Assembly (NCBI GenBank): GCA_036446035.1
Contig: JAZFSG010000078.1
Span: 2,674 to 66,673, forward strand
Reading direction: 5' to 3'
Length of the DNA: 64,000 nucleotides
Source of the DNA: Acidimicrobiia bacterium
Lineage (GTDB): Bacteria; Actinomycetota; Acidimicrobiia; Spongiisociales; JAOTWH01
Made by a program: the position numbers and the translations under genes. The notes beneath the pieces are model-generated. The model searched no databases, had not been told where the DNA came from, and saw only the letters and a list, made by a program, of their open reading frames with translations. Position 1 is the first letter of the stretch; each line of letters starts with the position of its first letter. This document shows, in pieces, positions 8,666 through 17,469 of the stretch.

Positions 8666-11385
8666 CCTCTGCTGGCGGAAGCGGGAACGTCTTTGCGCGA
8701 TGGGACCCACGGCCCCTCGAATGTGCGCACCCGAACCCTGGCGTCGACGACCCGTATGCCCTGGCCGGGCTCAAGCACCTTCACCGGGTTGAGGTCCATC
8801 TCGGAGATCTCGGGAATCTCGTCAACAAGCTGCGACAGGCGTTGCATAGCTACCTTCAGCTCGGCGATGTCGCCGGCCGGGTTCCCTCGGTAGCCCTCGA
8901 GCAAGCGCGCCGACTTCACTCCAGCGATCATCTCCTCGATGTCACTGTCGGTTACCGGATGGATCCTGAAGGCAACGTCGCCGATGAGCTCGACGAAGAT
9001 GCCCCCAAGGCCGAAGGCAAGGAGCGGTCCGAAGGATGGGTCTTCGGTCATTCCCAGGATCACTTCGTGTCCCCCGACAACGAACTCCTGGACGAGCGCA
9101 CTCGAAGCGTCCTCGACGACGGCGGTGACCCGCTCGAACGCCGCCGCGATCTCGTCTGCGCCAACGATGTCCAACTCAACTCCGCCGATATCCGACTTGT
9201 GCAGCGCCTTGTCCGAGATGACCTTCAGAACGACTGGCCCGTCGATGTCAGAGGCGATCGCGACCGCTTCGGCTGCGGTGGCGGCGACCCCCGACTTAGC
9301 CAAGCCGAGGCCATAGGCGCCGAGGACCGCCTCCACCTCAGCGGGCTCGAGCCATCCGCCGCCGTCCCCCATACGCGCCAGCGCCTCCTCGACCACCTTC
9401 TGCGCTTGCTTCCTCGAGACGTCCTCGAAGTGAGCGATCGTGCCCTCGGGGCGGCGACGCCATTCGCCATATGCCGCGGCGCGGGCCAGGGCCTGGGCAG
9501 CCGGCTCGGGAAACAGGTAGGTCGGCACCTGGACTCCCCCGCCCACCAACTCGGCGGGAGCACCCGATGCGTCCATGAAGACGGCGAGCATCGTCTTGGA
9601 AGAATGCTCGGCTGCCGCACGGATGGCGGCGGCGATCTCGTCGCTGCCTGTTGGTGCCGCCGGTATGTGGATGGCGATCACCGCGTCGAGTTCTTCGGAG
9701 GCGACGAGCTCGTTGAGACAGGCCGCGTACTGGCTGGCTCCGGCTGACGCGATCATGTCGACAGGATTGCGGGTAGATGCCTCAGCAGACAGGTGCCCGC
9801 GCAGCCGTGCCTGGAGCTCTGAGGAGAACTCAACGACCTCAAGGCCTTGCGACTCCAGGGCGTCTGCGGCCAGGATCCCAGGGCCGCCGGCATTGCTGAG
9901 AATGGCGACACGCCGCCCCTCCGGCACGGGCTGGTTGGCCAGGAGGGAGGTCACGTCGAAGAGCTCCTCCAAGGTCGTCGTTCGGATGACACCCGCCTGA
10001 TGGAAGAGCGCGTCGACGGCAACGTCGAGACTTGCCAGCGATCCGGTGTGGCTGGAGGCCGCCCTCGCCCCGGAGGCGGTCCTCCCCGACTTCACCGCAA
10101 CGATGGGCTTGGTACGACCGATACGCCGAGCGATACGGGCGAAGCGGCGCGGGTTGCCGAACGACTCGAGGTAGAGGAGGATGACGTCCGTGCGCGGGTC
10201 GTCCTCCCAATAGAGCAGAACATCGTTACCCGAAATGTCTGCCTTATTGCCCATCGAGATGAAGGTCGAGATACCGATGTTGAGCTGGCGGGCATAGTCG
10301 AGGATGGCGATGCCAAGGGCACCTGATTGCGACGACATGGCAACGTTGCCGGGTGGCGGATAGCGGGGTCCAAACTGTCCATCGAGGCTGATGGCTGGAT
10401 CGGTGTTGAGCACCCCCATGCAGTTGGGACCGACCATGCGCATGCCTGCGGACCTCACTACCTCGAGGAGCTCATCCTCGAGAACCTCTCCCTCGTCGCC
10501 GGTCTCGGAGAAGCCTGCGGTGATCATCACGATGCCCTTGACACCGGCAGCGGCGCATTGCCTGACAGCTTCGGTGGCAACGGCGGCGGGTACCACTATG
10601 AACGCCAGGTCAACGCTCCCCGGAACATCTCCGATACTTGGGTAGGCCTTGACGCTGGCAACAACCTCGGCCGAGGGATTCACGGGATAGATCGGGCCGG
10701 TGAACTCTCCTCCGAGCAGGTTGCGAAACAGCCGGCCGCCGATGGAGGTCTCGTTCCTGCTGGCACCGACCACCGCCACCGAGTGTGGATAGAAGATCGG
10801 CATGATCGAGGCGGCGACGGCCCGCTTCTCTCGCTCCCACTCCGCGGCGACGTGCTCGCCGGACTCAGCCGTCGGCAACTCGACCGTGTAGACGCCGGCC
10901 GAGGCCTCGTCGCGGGTGACCCCGAAGCCGGAGTTGCGGAATACGCGCAGCATGGCGTGATTGTCCGCGAGGACATATGCCTTGAAGGCCACTATGTTCC
11001 GCTGCCTGGCGTAGTCCGCGAGGCGATCGAGCAGAAGAGAGCCGACACCCCGACCCTGATGGGCGTCCTCGACCAGGAAGGCGACTTCGGCGGCGGCGGG
11101 CTCGTCCTCGAGCACGTCGTAACGGCCAATCCCGATGATCGTGCCGTCGACGATGGCAGCGAAGGCCATTCGCTTGTCGTAATCGAGGACCGTGAAGTAC
11201 TCGACTTCCTCGGGCGACAGATCGTCCTTGTCCCTCATGAAGCGCTGGTAGATGCTGCGGGGCCCTGACCTCTTGAGCAGGGCGCGCAGCTCTTCACCAT
11301 CATCGGGGCGCACCGGCCGAACGCGCATGACGCCGCCGTCCTTGAGGACGAGATCGAACTCCCAAGCCTGCGGATAGTCGCTCAT
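8662..11385 (-). CDS. GNAT acetyltransferase fused to ADP-forming acyl-CoA synthetase-like domains (Pat-type protein acetyltransferase)
   Basis: Track ORF trimmed to ATG 11385. N-terminal GNAT (HQGRGVGSLLL), then CoA-binding (VAVVGAS), ligase-CoA and a C-terminal ATP-grasp. Confidence 0.85.
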   Translation of the reverse strand: MSDYPQAWEFDLVLKDGGVMRVRPVRPDDGEELRALLKRSGPRSIYQRFMRDKDDLSPEEVEYFTVLDYDKRMAFAAIVDGTIIGIGRYDVLEDEPAAAEVAFLVEDAHQGRGVGSLLLDRLADYARQRNIVAFKAYVLADNHAMLRVFRNSGFGVTRDEASAGVYTVELPTAESGEHVAAEWEREKRAVAASIMPIFYPHSVAVVGASRNETSIGGRLFRNLLGGEFTGPIYPVNPSAEVVASVKAYPSIGDVPGSVDLAFIVVPAAVATEAVRQCAAAGVKGIVMITAGFSETGDEGEVLEDELLEVVRSAGMRMVGPNCMGVLNTDPAISLDGQFGPRYPPPGNVAMSSQSGALGIAILDYARQLNIGISTFISMGNKADISGNDVLLYWEDDPRTDVILLYLESFGNPRRFARIARRIGRTKPIVAVKSGRTASGARAASSHTGSLASLDVAVDALFHQAGVIRTTTLEELFDVTSLLANQPVPEGRRVAILSNAGGPGILAADALESQGLEVVEFSSELQARLRGHLSAEASTRNPVDMIASAGASQYAACLNELVASEELDAVIAIHIPAAPTGSDEIAAAIRAAAEHSSKTMLAVFMDASGAPAELVGGGVQVPTYLFPEPAAQALARAAAYGEWRRRPEGTIAHFEDVSRKQAQKVVEEALARMGDGGGWLEPAEVEAVLGAYGLGLAKSGVAATAAEAVAIASDIDGPVVLKVISDKALHKSDIGGVELDIVGADEIAAAFERVTAVVEDASSALVQEFVVGGHEVILGMTEDPSFGPLLAFGLGGIFVELIGDVAFRIHPVTDSDIEEMIAGVKSARLLEGYRGNPAGDIAELKVAMQRLSQLVDEIPEISEMDLNPVKVLEPGQGIRVVDARVRVRTFEGPWVPSRKDVPASASRG

Positions 11386-11440
11386 CCCCCGATTGTGCCA
11401 CGAGAACCGGGGTTCCCTACTAGGGGCTAACGTCGCTGTC

Positions 11441-12148
11441 ATGGCAAGGACTTTCACCACAAGTGGGGCACTACTCCTCGGCTTGGTGATGCTGACAACG
11501 GCTTGTGGTGACAGCGCCACCACAACTTCGGTACCACAGACGGCAGCGCCTGTCCCGCAGGGGACAACCGCGACCACACAACCTGTCGCAACGACGACCC
11601 CAATGACCACCGTTCCGGCCACCACTCAACCACCGGCCACCGAGGCCGAGCCCCCCGAGAACGCGGCGCCGGCCTTCGCCATCACCGCGGTGACCTTCGG
11701 TGACGGTGGGTTCGTGCAGATCACCAACACCGGTAACGGCGCCGGCAACCTCGATGGGCACTGGCTATGCCAGTTCCCCGCCTACCTCGAGGTGCCGTCT
11801 ACAGAGCTCGGACCGGGTGAATCTGTTTGGGTCGCTGCCAGCGGGAGCGACCTCCAGTTCGTCGGCTCCGTGGTCGGCGTCGTCGATGCCGAGGGCCGCC
11901 TTGGATCCTTCTCACTGACGACCGGCGAAATGGCCCTGTACGCGAGTCGTGACTTCGGCAGTGCCGCAGCCATCGTCGACTACGTGGAGTGGGGCGCCTC
12001 AGGACACGGCCGCTCCAGCGTTGCCGTCGAGGCCGCCATCTGGCCCGAAGGTGGCTTCGTTGAGATCCCCGACGGAACCATCTCCATCACAGCCGGCAGC
12101 GCCGGAGCGAATGACCCGGCAGCCTGGTCGCCAGATATCGGCGTCTAG
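11441..12148 (+). CDS. lipoprotein with lamin-tail-domain (LTD)-like C-terminal region
   Basis: Track ORF trimmed to ATG 11441. Signal peptide ends ...LTTAC, followed by a Thr/Pro linker. LTD-like pattern (VQITNTGNGAGNLDGHWL). Confidence 0.65.
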   Translation: MARTFTTSGALLLGLVMLTTACGDSATTTSVPQTAAPVPQGTTATTQPVATTTPMTTVPATTQPPATEAEPPENAAPAFAITAVTFGDGGFVQITNTGNGAGNLDGHWLCQFPAYLEVPSTELGPGESVWVAASGSDLQFVGSVVGVVDAEGRLGSFSLTTGEMALYASRDFGSAAAIVDYVEWGASGHGRSSVAVEAAIWPEGGFVEIPDGTISITAGSAGANDPAAWSPDIGV

Positions 12149-12151
12149 CGC

Positions 12152-12874
12152 TCAGCTGGGCTTGACGGCTCGAACCGTGATGCTGTAGACGCCACCTTCC
12201 CCCGCATTGCCGCTCTCCAGCATCTCCGGCTTGGCGAAGCCGGACTTCTCCAACCCCCCGAGATACTGCGCTTCAGGTATGGCTCCGTCAATGCACGATG
12301 CCCAGCTGTCGGGATCGGGATCGATCGGCTGTGCGTTGGTTCCGGAGACGATGTCGGAGACGACCAGACGGCCACCAGGCGCCAACACGCGGAAGGCTTC
12401 GGCGAATACGGCGCTCTTGTCGGGCGCCAGGTTGATGACGCAATTGGATAGCACGACATCGATGGAATCGTCGTCAACCGGCAGTTGCTCGATCAGCCCT
12501 TGGCGGAACTCAACGTTGCCTGCACCAACCTTGTCGGCGTTGGAGCGTGCCCGCTCGATCATGGCGGGAGTCATATCGACTCCGATGACCTGGCCGGTAT
12601 CGCCAACTTCTCGGGCCGCCAAGAAGACGTCTATGCCGGCGCCGGATCCGAGGTCCAGAACACGCTCTCCAGGCGCCAGTTCGGCCAGGCGGACGGGGGC
12701 ACCACAGCCGAGGCTCATATCGGCGCCTTGCGGTATCTGCGCCAGATCCTCAGCCGAGTAGCCCAGTTTCACACTGTCTGTGCAGCCGTCGTCGCTGCAG
12801 CATGCCGAGCCCGTCACGGCCAGGCGGCCGTAGCGATCTGCGACGACGGTCCGGATGTCCTCTGCGGATTTCAT
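12152..12874 (-). CDS. arsM: arsenite S-adenosylmethionine methyltransferase
   Basis: SAM motif VLDLGSGAGID. Conserved Cys set (CC near the N-terminus, GCG, SNCVINL, SWASC). GGAGG RBS. Confidence 0.85.
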   Translation of the reverse strand: MKSAEDIRTVVADRYGRLAVTGSACCSDDGCTDSVKLGYSAEDLAQIPQGADMSLGCGAPVRLAELAPGERVLDLGSGAGIDVFLAAREVGDTGQVIGVDMTPAMIERARSNADKVGAGNVEFRQGLIEQLPVDDDSIDVVLSNCVINLAPDKSAVFAEAFRVLAPGGRLVVSDIVSGTNAQPIDPDPDSWASCIDGAIPEAQYLGGLEKSGFAKPEMLESGNAGEGGVYSITVRAVKPS

Positions 12875-12894
12875 GAATCCTCCTATTGATGGAT

Positions 12895-12936
12895 ATCAAT
12901 ATGTTGCCATATGTATCGATATATGTCAATATGTTG
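12895..12936. promoter_or_regulatory. AT-rich arsM/arsR divergent control region with direct repeat TCAATATGTTG x2 (30-bp spacing) and central imperfect palindrome ATGTATCGATATAT
   Basis: Repeats at 12896..12906 and 12926..12936. Strongly AT-rich in a GC-rich genome. Confidence 0.4.
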
Positions 12937-12939
12937 TTT

Positions 12940-13260
12940 ATGGACCAATGTTGCCCACCCGTGTTCGGACCGAAGCTTGAGGACGGGGACGCCTCCGACC
13001 TGGCGCAGATCCTCAAGGCGGTTGCCGATCCCAATCGGCTGAAGCTGCTCCATCTCATCGCCGCCTCCGGCGAGGTCTGTGGCTGTGACCTAACGGAACC
13101 GCTCGGGCTCTCCCAGCCAACGGTCAGCCACCACCTCAACGTTCTCGCCAAGGCCGGCTTCCTCGAACGATCCCAGCGCGGCAAGTGGGCGCACTATCGA
13201 GTGGTCCCCGAGCGACTCGATCAAATCGTCGCCGCGTTCGCGTTTTCCGCTTCAGTCTGA
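12940..13260 (+). CDS. arsR: ArsR/SmtB family metalloregulator
   Basis: Track ORF trimmed to ATG 12940 (MDQCCPP...). wHTH (LSQPTVSHHLNVLAKAGF). Cys pairs CC and C-G-C at the canonical As(III) site. Confidence 0.85.
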   Translation: MDQCCPPVFGPKLEDGDASDLAQILKAVADPNRLKLLHLIAASGEVCGCDLTEPLGLSQPTVSHHLNVLAKAGFLERSQRGKWAHYRVVPERLDQIVAAFAFSASV

Positions 13261-13298
13261 CTCCACGAAGCCGATGGCTTTGGGAGAAAGGAAGAGAA

Positions 13299-13604
13299 GT
13301 GGAAGAGTTCTCACTCGACAGCATCGACCCATCACAGGGCCCGCACGCCGCAGCCGGCCTCACCGATGAAGAAGTCGAGTTCCTTTCCGGAATGCTCATC
13401 TGGGAACTCGGGATCAGGTTCTCCAAGGAGGAATACCTCGAACTCCTGGAGCGGGCGGGCAGCGCTCGAGAGCGCCTCGACGAGGAGATCGAGTTCACCC
13501 GCAACGAGCGGGAGCAGATGAGGTTCGAGATCGAAGTGCTCGATGACATCGAGTCGCTGCCGACGATCGAACACCCAAGCCCCCCGACCGGCCTCTACCT
13601 CTAA
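13299..13604 (+). CDS. hypothetical acidic protein (101 aa)
   Basis: GTG 13299 follows a purine-rich GGGAGAAAGGAAG. GC3-rich frame. No family recognised. Its TAA overlaps the stop of the convergent ABC-F gene. Confidence 0.35.
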   Translation: MEEFSLDSIDPSQGPHAAAGLTDEEVEFLSGMLIWELGIRFSKEEYLELLERAGSARERLDEEIEFTRNEREQMRFEIEVLDDIESLPTIEHPSPPTGLYL

Positions 13605-15199
13605 GCGAGCGCCACCAGGTCCAGCATCGACTCGTCGAAGAAGCGAGTCAACCCGTCCGGCATCAGCACAGCACGATCGGGCTGCACCTGTGCCACGAAC
13701 TCCGTGTCGTGGCTCACAAGGATCATCGTTCCCGGGTACGCGGTCACCGCGGCGAGCAACGCCTCCTTGGCCTGCGGGTCGAGGTTGTTGGTGGGCTCGT
13801 CCAACAGCAGCAGGTTGTGCTTGCCGGCGACGATCTGGGCTAGCGCCAGTTTCGTCTTCTCACCGCCGGACAGTGTCGCGGCGTTCTGTTCGATCTTGTC
13901 GGCGAGCAAGAAATGCCCCAGCAGGCTGCGCAGCATCTTGTCCGGCTCTCTGCTCACTTGACGCATGTGGTCCAGGACCGATCGCCCAGAGATGATCTGC
14001 TCGTGTTCCTGGGCGTAGTAGCCAAGCGACGCCTTGTAGCCCATCTCCACCTCGCCGAGGTCGGCGGTCTCCTCACCGGCGAGGATGCGCAGCAGGGTCG
14101 TCTTGCCGGCGCCGTTGAGGCCCATGATGACAACGCGCTCGCCTCTTTCGAGTAGCAGATCGACGTCCAGGAAGACGACCTCGTCGTCGAACGCCTTGGC
14201 CAGACCGGTGGCCCTGAGCGGGATGCGGCCGGAGGGTTCGGGCTCAGGGAAGGCAACGGCGACCCTGCGTGACGACCCGGCGATCTCGACGAGCTCGCCC
14301 TTCATCCGTTCCACCCTCGTTTCCCATGACCGGGCTTGTTTGGCCTTCTTTTCCGACGAGTGCTTGAAGCGCGCGATGTTCGCTTCCAGCCGATCGATCT
14401 CGCCCACTTGATGGCGGCGCTCTCGCTCCTTGCGCGCCCGACGCTCCTCGCGTTCCTTGAGGTAGTGCGAGTAGTTGCCCCGATAGTGCTCGAGGGTGCG
14501 GTCCTCGACGGCGAGCACCGTGGTGATGGCCTCGTCCAAGAGTGGCAGGTCGTGGCTGACAACGAGCAGGCCTCCCGAGAAGGACGCCAGGTAGTTCATG
14601 AGCCAGGCCTTGGCGTCGAGGTCGAGGTGGTTCGTCGGCTCGTCGAGCAGCAGGATGTCGGTGCTGGCAAACAGGATGCGCGCCAGCTCCACCCGACGAC
14701 GCTGACCACCCGACATCGTGGAGACGGGCTGGGACAGGTCGGCGTTGCCGATGCCGACAGATGCTGCGAACTTCTTGGCCTCGGCCTCGGCCACGTAGCC
14801 GCCCTTGGCCTTGAATTCGTCTTCGAGCCGGCCGAACTGGAGGATGAGACGATCTCTTTCGTCTCCGGTCTCCGCCTCCATCTTGAGCCGGACCTGCTCC
14901 ATGCGCCGCTGCATGGATCCGATGTCTCGTGCCATGAGAACTCGCTCCAGGGCGGTGACACCCGGCTCGTCGAGTTCGGGAAGCTTGCTCTCCTGGGAGA
15001 GATAGCCGATTACTCCAGAACGGGCGAGCTTGCCCTCGTGGGGAGCGGTTTCACCTGCCAGGCACTTCATGAGAGTTGTCTTGCCGGCGCCATTGGGGCC
15101 CACGAGACCGACCTTGTCGCCGGGATGAACGGCGAAGGAAGCGTCTTGGAGGAGGGTCTTGATACCCGCCTCTATAGAGAGGTTTCGCGCGATGAGCAT
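13601..15199 (-). CDS. ABC-F family ATPase (two ABC cassettes, no TM domain)
   Basis: Two Walker A motifs (GPNGAGKTT, GLNGAGKTT), two LSGG signatures and a charged inter-domain linker. Confidence 0.9.
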   Translation of the reverse strand: MLIARNLSIEAGIKTLLQDASFAVHPGDKVGLVGPNGAGKTTLMKCLAGETAPHEGKLARSGVIGYLSQESKLPELDEPGVTALERVLMARDIGSMQRRMEQVRLKMEAETGDERDRLILQFGRLEDEFKAKGGYVAEAEAKKFAASVGIGNADLSQPVSTMSGGQRRRVELARILFASTDILLLDEPTNHLDLDAKAWLMNYLASFSGGLLVVSHDLPLLDEAITTVLAVEDRTLEHYRGNYSHYLKEREERRARKERERRHQVGEIDRLEANIARFKHSSEKKAKQARSWETRVERMKGELVEIAGSSRRVAVAFPEPEPSGRIPLRATGLAKAFDDEVVFLDVDLLLERGERVVIMGLNGAGKTTLLRILAGEETADLGEVEMGYKASLGYYAQEHEQIISGRSVLDHMRQVSREPDKMLRSLLGHFLLADKIEQNAATLSGGEKTKLALAQIVAGKHNLLLLDEPTNNLDPQAKEALLAAVTAYPGTMILVSHDTEFVAQVQPDRAVLMPDGLTRFFDESMLDLVALA

Positions 15200-15254
15200 G
15201 GTGGGAAAGCGTACCGGCCTACAGACAACAGGCGTGGGTGCCGATAACTGGCTG

Positions 15255-15455
15255 ATGCACGTACGAAACGTCTTCGCCGCCGCCGTTATCGCCCTCGCCG
15301 CATCGGCATGTGGCGGCGGCAGCGACAGCGACGTCCCGGTGACCGATTCCGCGGATCCGGTAACGCCCTACGGAATCGTGGTCGACAAGGCCAACACCGT
15401 TGCCGACCAGGTAAACCAGAGAACCGCAGACCTGGAGAGCCAGCTCCAGCCCTAG
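15255..15455 (+). CDS. small lipoprotein (66 aa)
   Basis: Track ORF trimmed to ATG 15255. Signal peptide with ...LAASAC lipobox. Confidence 0.5.
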   Translation: MHVRNVFAAAVIALAASACGGGSDSDVPVTDSADPVTPYGIVVDKANTVADQVNQRTADLESQLQP

Positions 15456-15482
15456 AAGGCGTGTCGGGTGGCTTCGAGCTAG

Positions 15483-15941
15483 TTACCGCGTCGCCGGCAA
15501 CCTGTCCTCGGCCAACCGCCAGCCCAGGACACGCGAGGCCGGAGCGGCGACGCCCAGGATCTCGAGCGCGTCGTGGCGCCACTCGTAGATCGCGCTCTGA
15601 CCGAACCGGTGCCCAACGGCGATGGCGGTTTCCCGGGGAAGGCCAGCCACAAGCAGCCCGGGCTCGGGTATCGACCCGTCCGACGCGCTGCCGATTGTCT
15701 CAAGGGTCTCAACGCCAAGAGTTCGCACGACATCGACCAGCGACCGGTGCCGGTCAGCATTGGCAGCAGCATCACTCACCACTCCGCCAGGGTTGTAGGC
15801 GGTCACGATGTGGACGGCCCGGCGGAAAGGAAAGCTCGAACCGACATCTCCTGTCGGCTGCGGATGCAGAACGCGGGTGCCGTCCTCGAAGGAGATCGTG
15901 ACCACGGCGCGGGCGAAACAGTCAACCAGCTCGTTTTCCAC
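15483..15941 (-). CDS. DUF3293-like protein
   Basis: Conserved pattern VHIVTAYNPG ... EPGLLVAGL ... FGQSAIYEW. The start (GTG 15941 or TTG 15968) is uncertain. The long N-terminal extension in the track overlaps the PPOX pseudogene. Confidence 0.55.
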   Translation of the reverse strand: MENELVDCFARAVVTISFEDGTRVLHPQPTGDVGSSFPFRRAVHIVTAYNPGGVVSDAAANADRHRSLVDVVRTLGVETLETIGSASDGSIPEPGLLVAGLPRETAIAVGHRFGQSAIYEWRHDALEILGVAAPASRVLGWRLAEDRLPATR

Positions 15942-15976
15942 GGAAGGGACCCTAAGGGAATCGTTCAAGGGGGGCT

Positions 15977-16377
15977 TCAGCCCCAGTGGCGGAGTCGGGT
16001 CACTGTCACTCGTAGCGGCGTGGAGAACTCGGCGTCGTACGCAGCGAGCGACGAGAACAACCGAGCCATCTCGTCTGTGTACTTGGCGAAGTAAGGCGCG
16101 TTCTCGCTGGGTGGAGGCATCTTCATGTCCACTGCGGCGGGCCTTCGAGAGTGACCATGGTGTCGCCCCTGAAGTCACCCCGAGGGTTGAAGGCGGCGCG
16201 TGGGTTGATCGCAAGATTCGCCATGCGGGACGCGGTGGGGCTCGAGTAGACGACGAGGTCGTCATCTTCGCGGATGAACCAGATCGCCGAGTTCTGTGGC
16301 TGATCCGACGGTGCGACCGTCGTTAGCCAGCCGATGAACTCATGCTCCATGAGTTCGAGAACACGCGACTGCGGCAT
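15977..16377 (-). pseudogene. frameshifted PPOX-class (F420/FMN-dependent) pyridoxamine-phosphate-oxidase family gene
   Basis: The N-terminal 85 aa (track ORF 16123..16380) end at TGA. The C-terminal half (AAVDMKMPPPSENAPYFAKYTDEMARLFSSLAAYDAEFSTPLRVTVTRLRHWG*) continues in another frame down to TGA 15979..15977. The frames join at the GGG run 16139..16141. Confidence 0.7.
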
Positions 16378-16460
16378 CAATGAAGCCTGGGGAGGCCTTT
16401 CGCCTCTGGTGCGGCCTTTGTGGAGCGAACAGGCTCGAAGTCGATGTCAAGGGAGGAAGC

Positions 16461-16736
16461 ATGAAGAAGTGGTTGATTCTCGCCGCGTTCGTGGCTGGAG
16501 CCGTCGGCCTGGCACGCCTGGCGAGCCGTCGGGAGGCCGAAGGCAGCCGTCCGACGATATGGGACAAGCTCGGAGCCCAGATGGAGGAGATGCCTGAGGG
16601 CTTTCCGCCTCGGGTGATGTTCGACAATGTGGCCAAGACCAACGAGACGACACAGAAGATTCTCAACATCCTCGAGGAAAAGGGCGCTGCGGAAGAGCTC
16701 GACCTGACAGTGGCAGGGAAGAGCGGCAATGACTGA
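16461..16736 (+). CDS. small membrane-anchored protein (91 aa)
   Basis: Track ORF trimmed to ATG 16461 (GGGAGGAAGC upstream). One N-terminal TM and an acidic tail. Confidence 0.55.
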   Translation: MKKWLILAAFVAGAVGLARLASRREAEGSRPTIWDKLGAQMEEMPEGFPPRVMFDNVAKTNETTQKILNILEEKGAAEELDLTVAGKSGND

Positions 16737-17151
16737 CCTGCGCCCTTCCGAGACTGCCGCTCCGAAGGATCGTCTCACAGAGAAACAGCGGAGAGAACAA
16801 GTCTGGGAAGACTGGTGGACAAGTGATCGGCTGGACGGATTTGGCTGGGCGGCACTCTTCCTCTGGGGCGCACTTGTGCTCATATCCCAGTTCACCAGTT
16901 TCAAGGATGACTACGACCGGTGGGAAGGCTGGGGGGTCTTCTTTGTCGGAGCCGGCGTGATCGTGCTCGTTGAGGCGGCTGTTCGACTGCGTATGCCCAA
17001 GTACCGCTCCAAGTTCGGGTGGACGCTGTTCTGGGGTACCGCCTTTCTCGCCATCGGATTGGGTGAGTTGGTGAGCCCTATTTGGTACGCCTTGCCCTTG
17101 GTCGCCATCGCTGTCGTCATCTTGAAGGACACGCTCACCCGCCGCGAGTGA
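16729..17151 (+). CDS. integral membrane protein (140 aa, 3-4 TM, Trp-rich)
   Basis: ORF track. An 8-nt overlap with the upstream gene. Hydrophobic segments. Confidence 0.6.
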   Translation: MTDLRPSETAAPKDRLTEKQRREQVWEDWWTSDRLDGFGWAALFLWGALVLISQFTSFKDDYDRWEGWGVFFVGAGVIVLVEAAVRLRMPKYRSKFGWTLFWGTAFLAIGLGELVSPIWYALPLVAIAVVILKDTLTRRE

Positions 17152-17198
17152 TCAAGCCCTCAAGCTGAGTGAAGAGCGAGGATCAAGGAGGTTCAAGC

Positions 17199-17363
17199 AT
17201 GACAGCCCTGGCTACACGGATCACGAGCACTGTCGACACGCACCCCCGGATGATCGCTGGAGTGCTGGGAGGAGTGGTCCTGGTGTTCCCAGCCGCCTGC
17301 CTGCTCCACGATGTCATCCCCATCTGCCACTGGGTCTTCAGATGTGATCACCGGATGCACTGA
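17199..17363 (+). CDS. small membrane protein with Cys/His-rich C-terminus (54 aa)
   Basis: AAGGAGG lies 7 nt upstream of ATG 17199. One TM, then C-x2-H-x5-CH-x4-C-x-H-x2-H. Confidence 0.5.
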   Translation: MTALATRITSTVDTHPRMIAGVLGGVVLVFPAACLLHDVIPICHWVFRCDHRMH

Positions 17364-17469
17364 TCGGATAACGCCGCCACTCGGCGTTCCCGTGCAGCCG
17401 GGTCGTACTTACGCTGAGCTCCTCGGTCCGCTTAGAACCACCATCGGTGTCTGGGGATAGCCGCCCCAA

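Noticed and set aside
13136-13549. 137-aa minus-strand ORF opposite the small acidic ORF.
   Set aside because: Its Ser/Arg-rich low-complexity translation and lack of an RBS argue against it. The plus-strand frame has the better codon pattern, though it is itself only a low-confidence gene.
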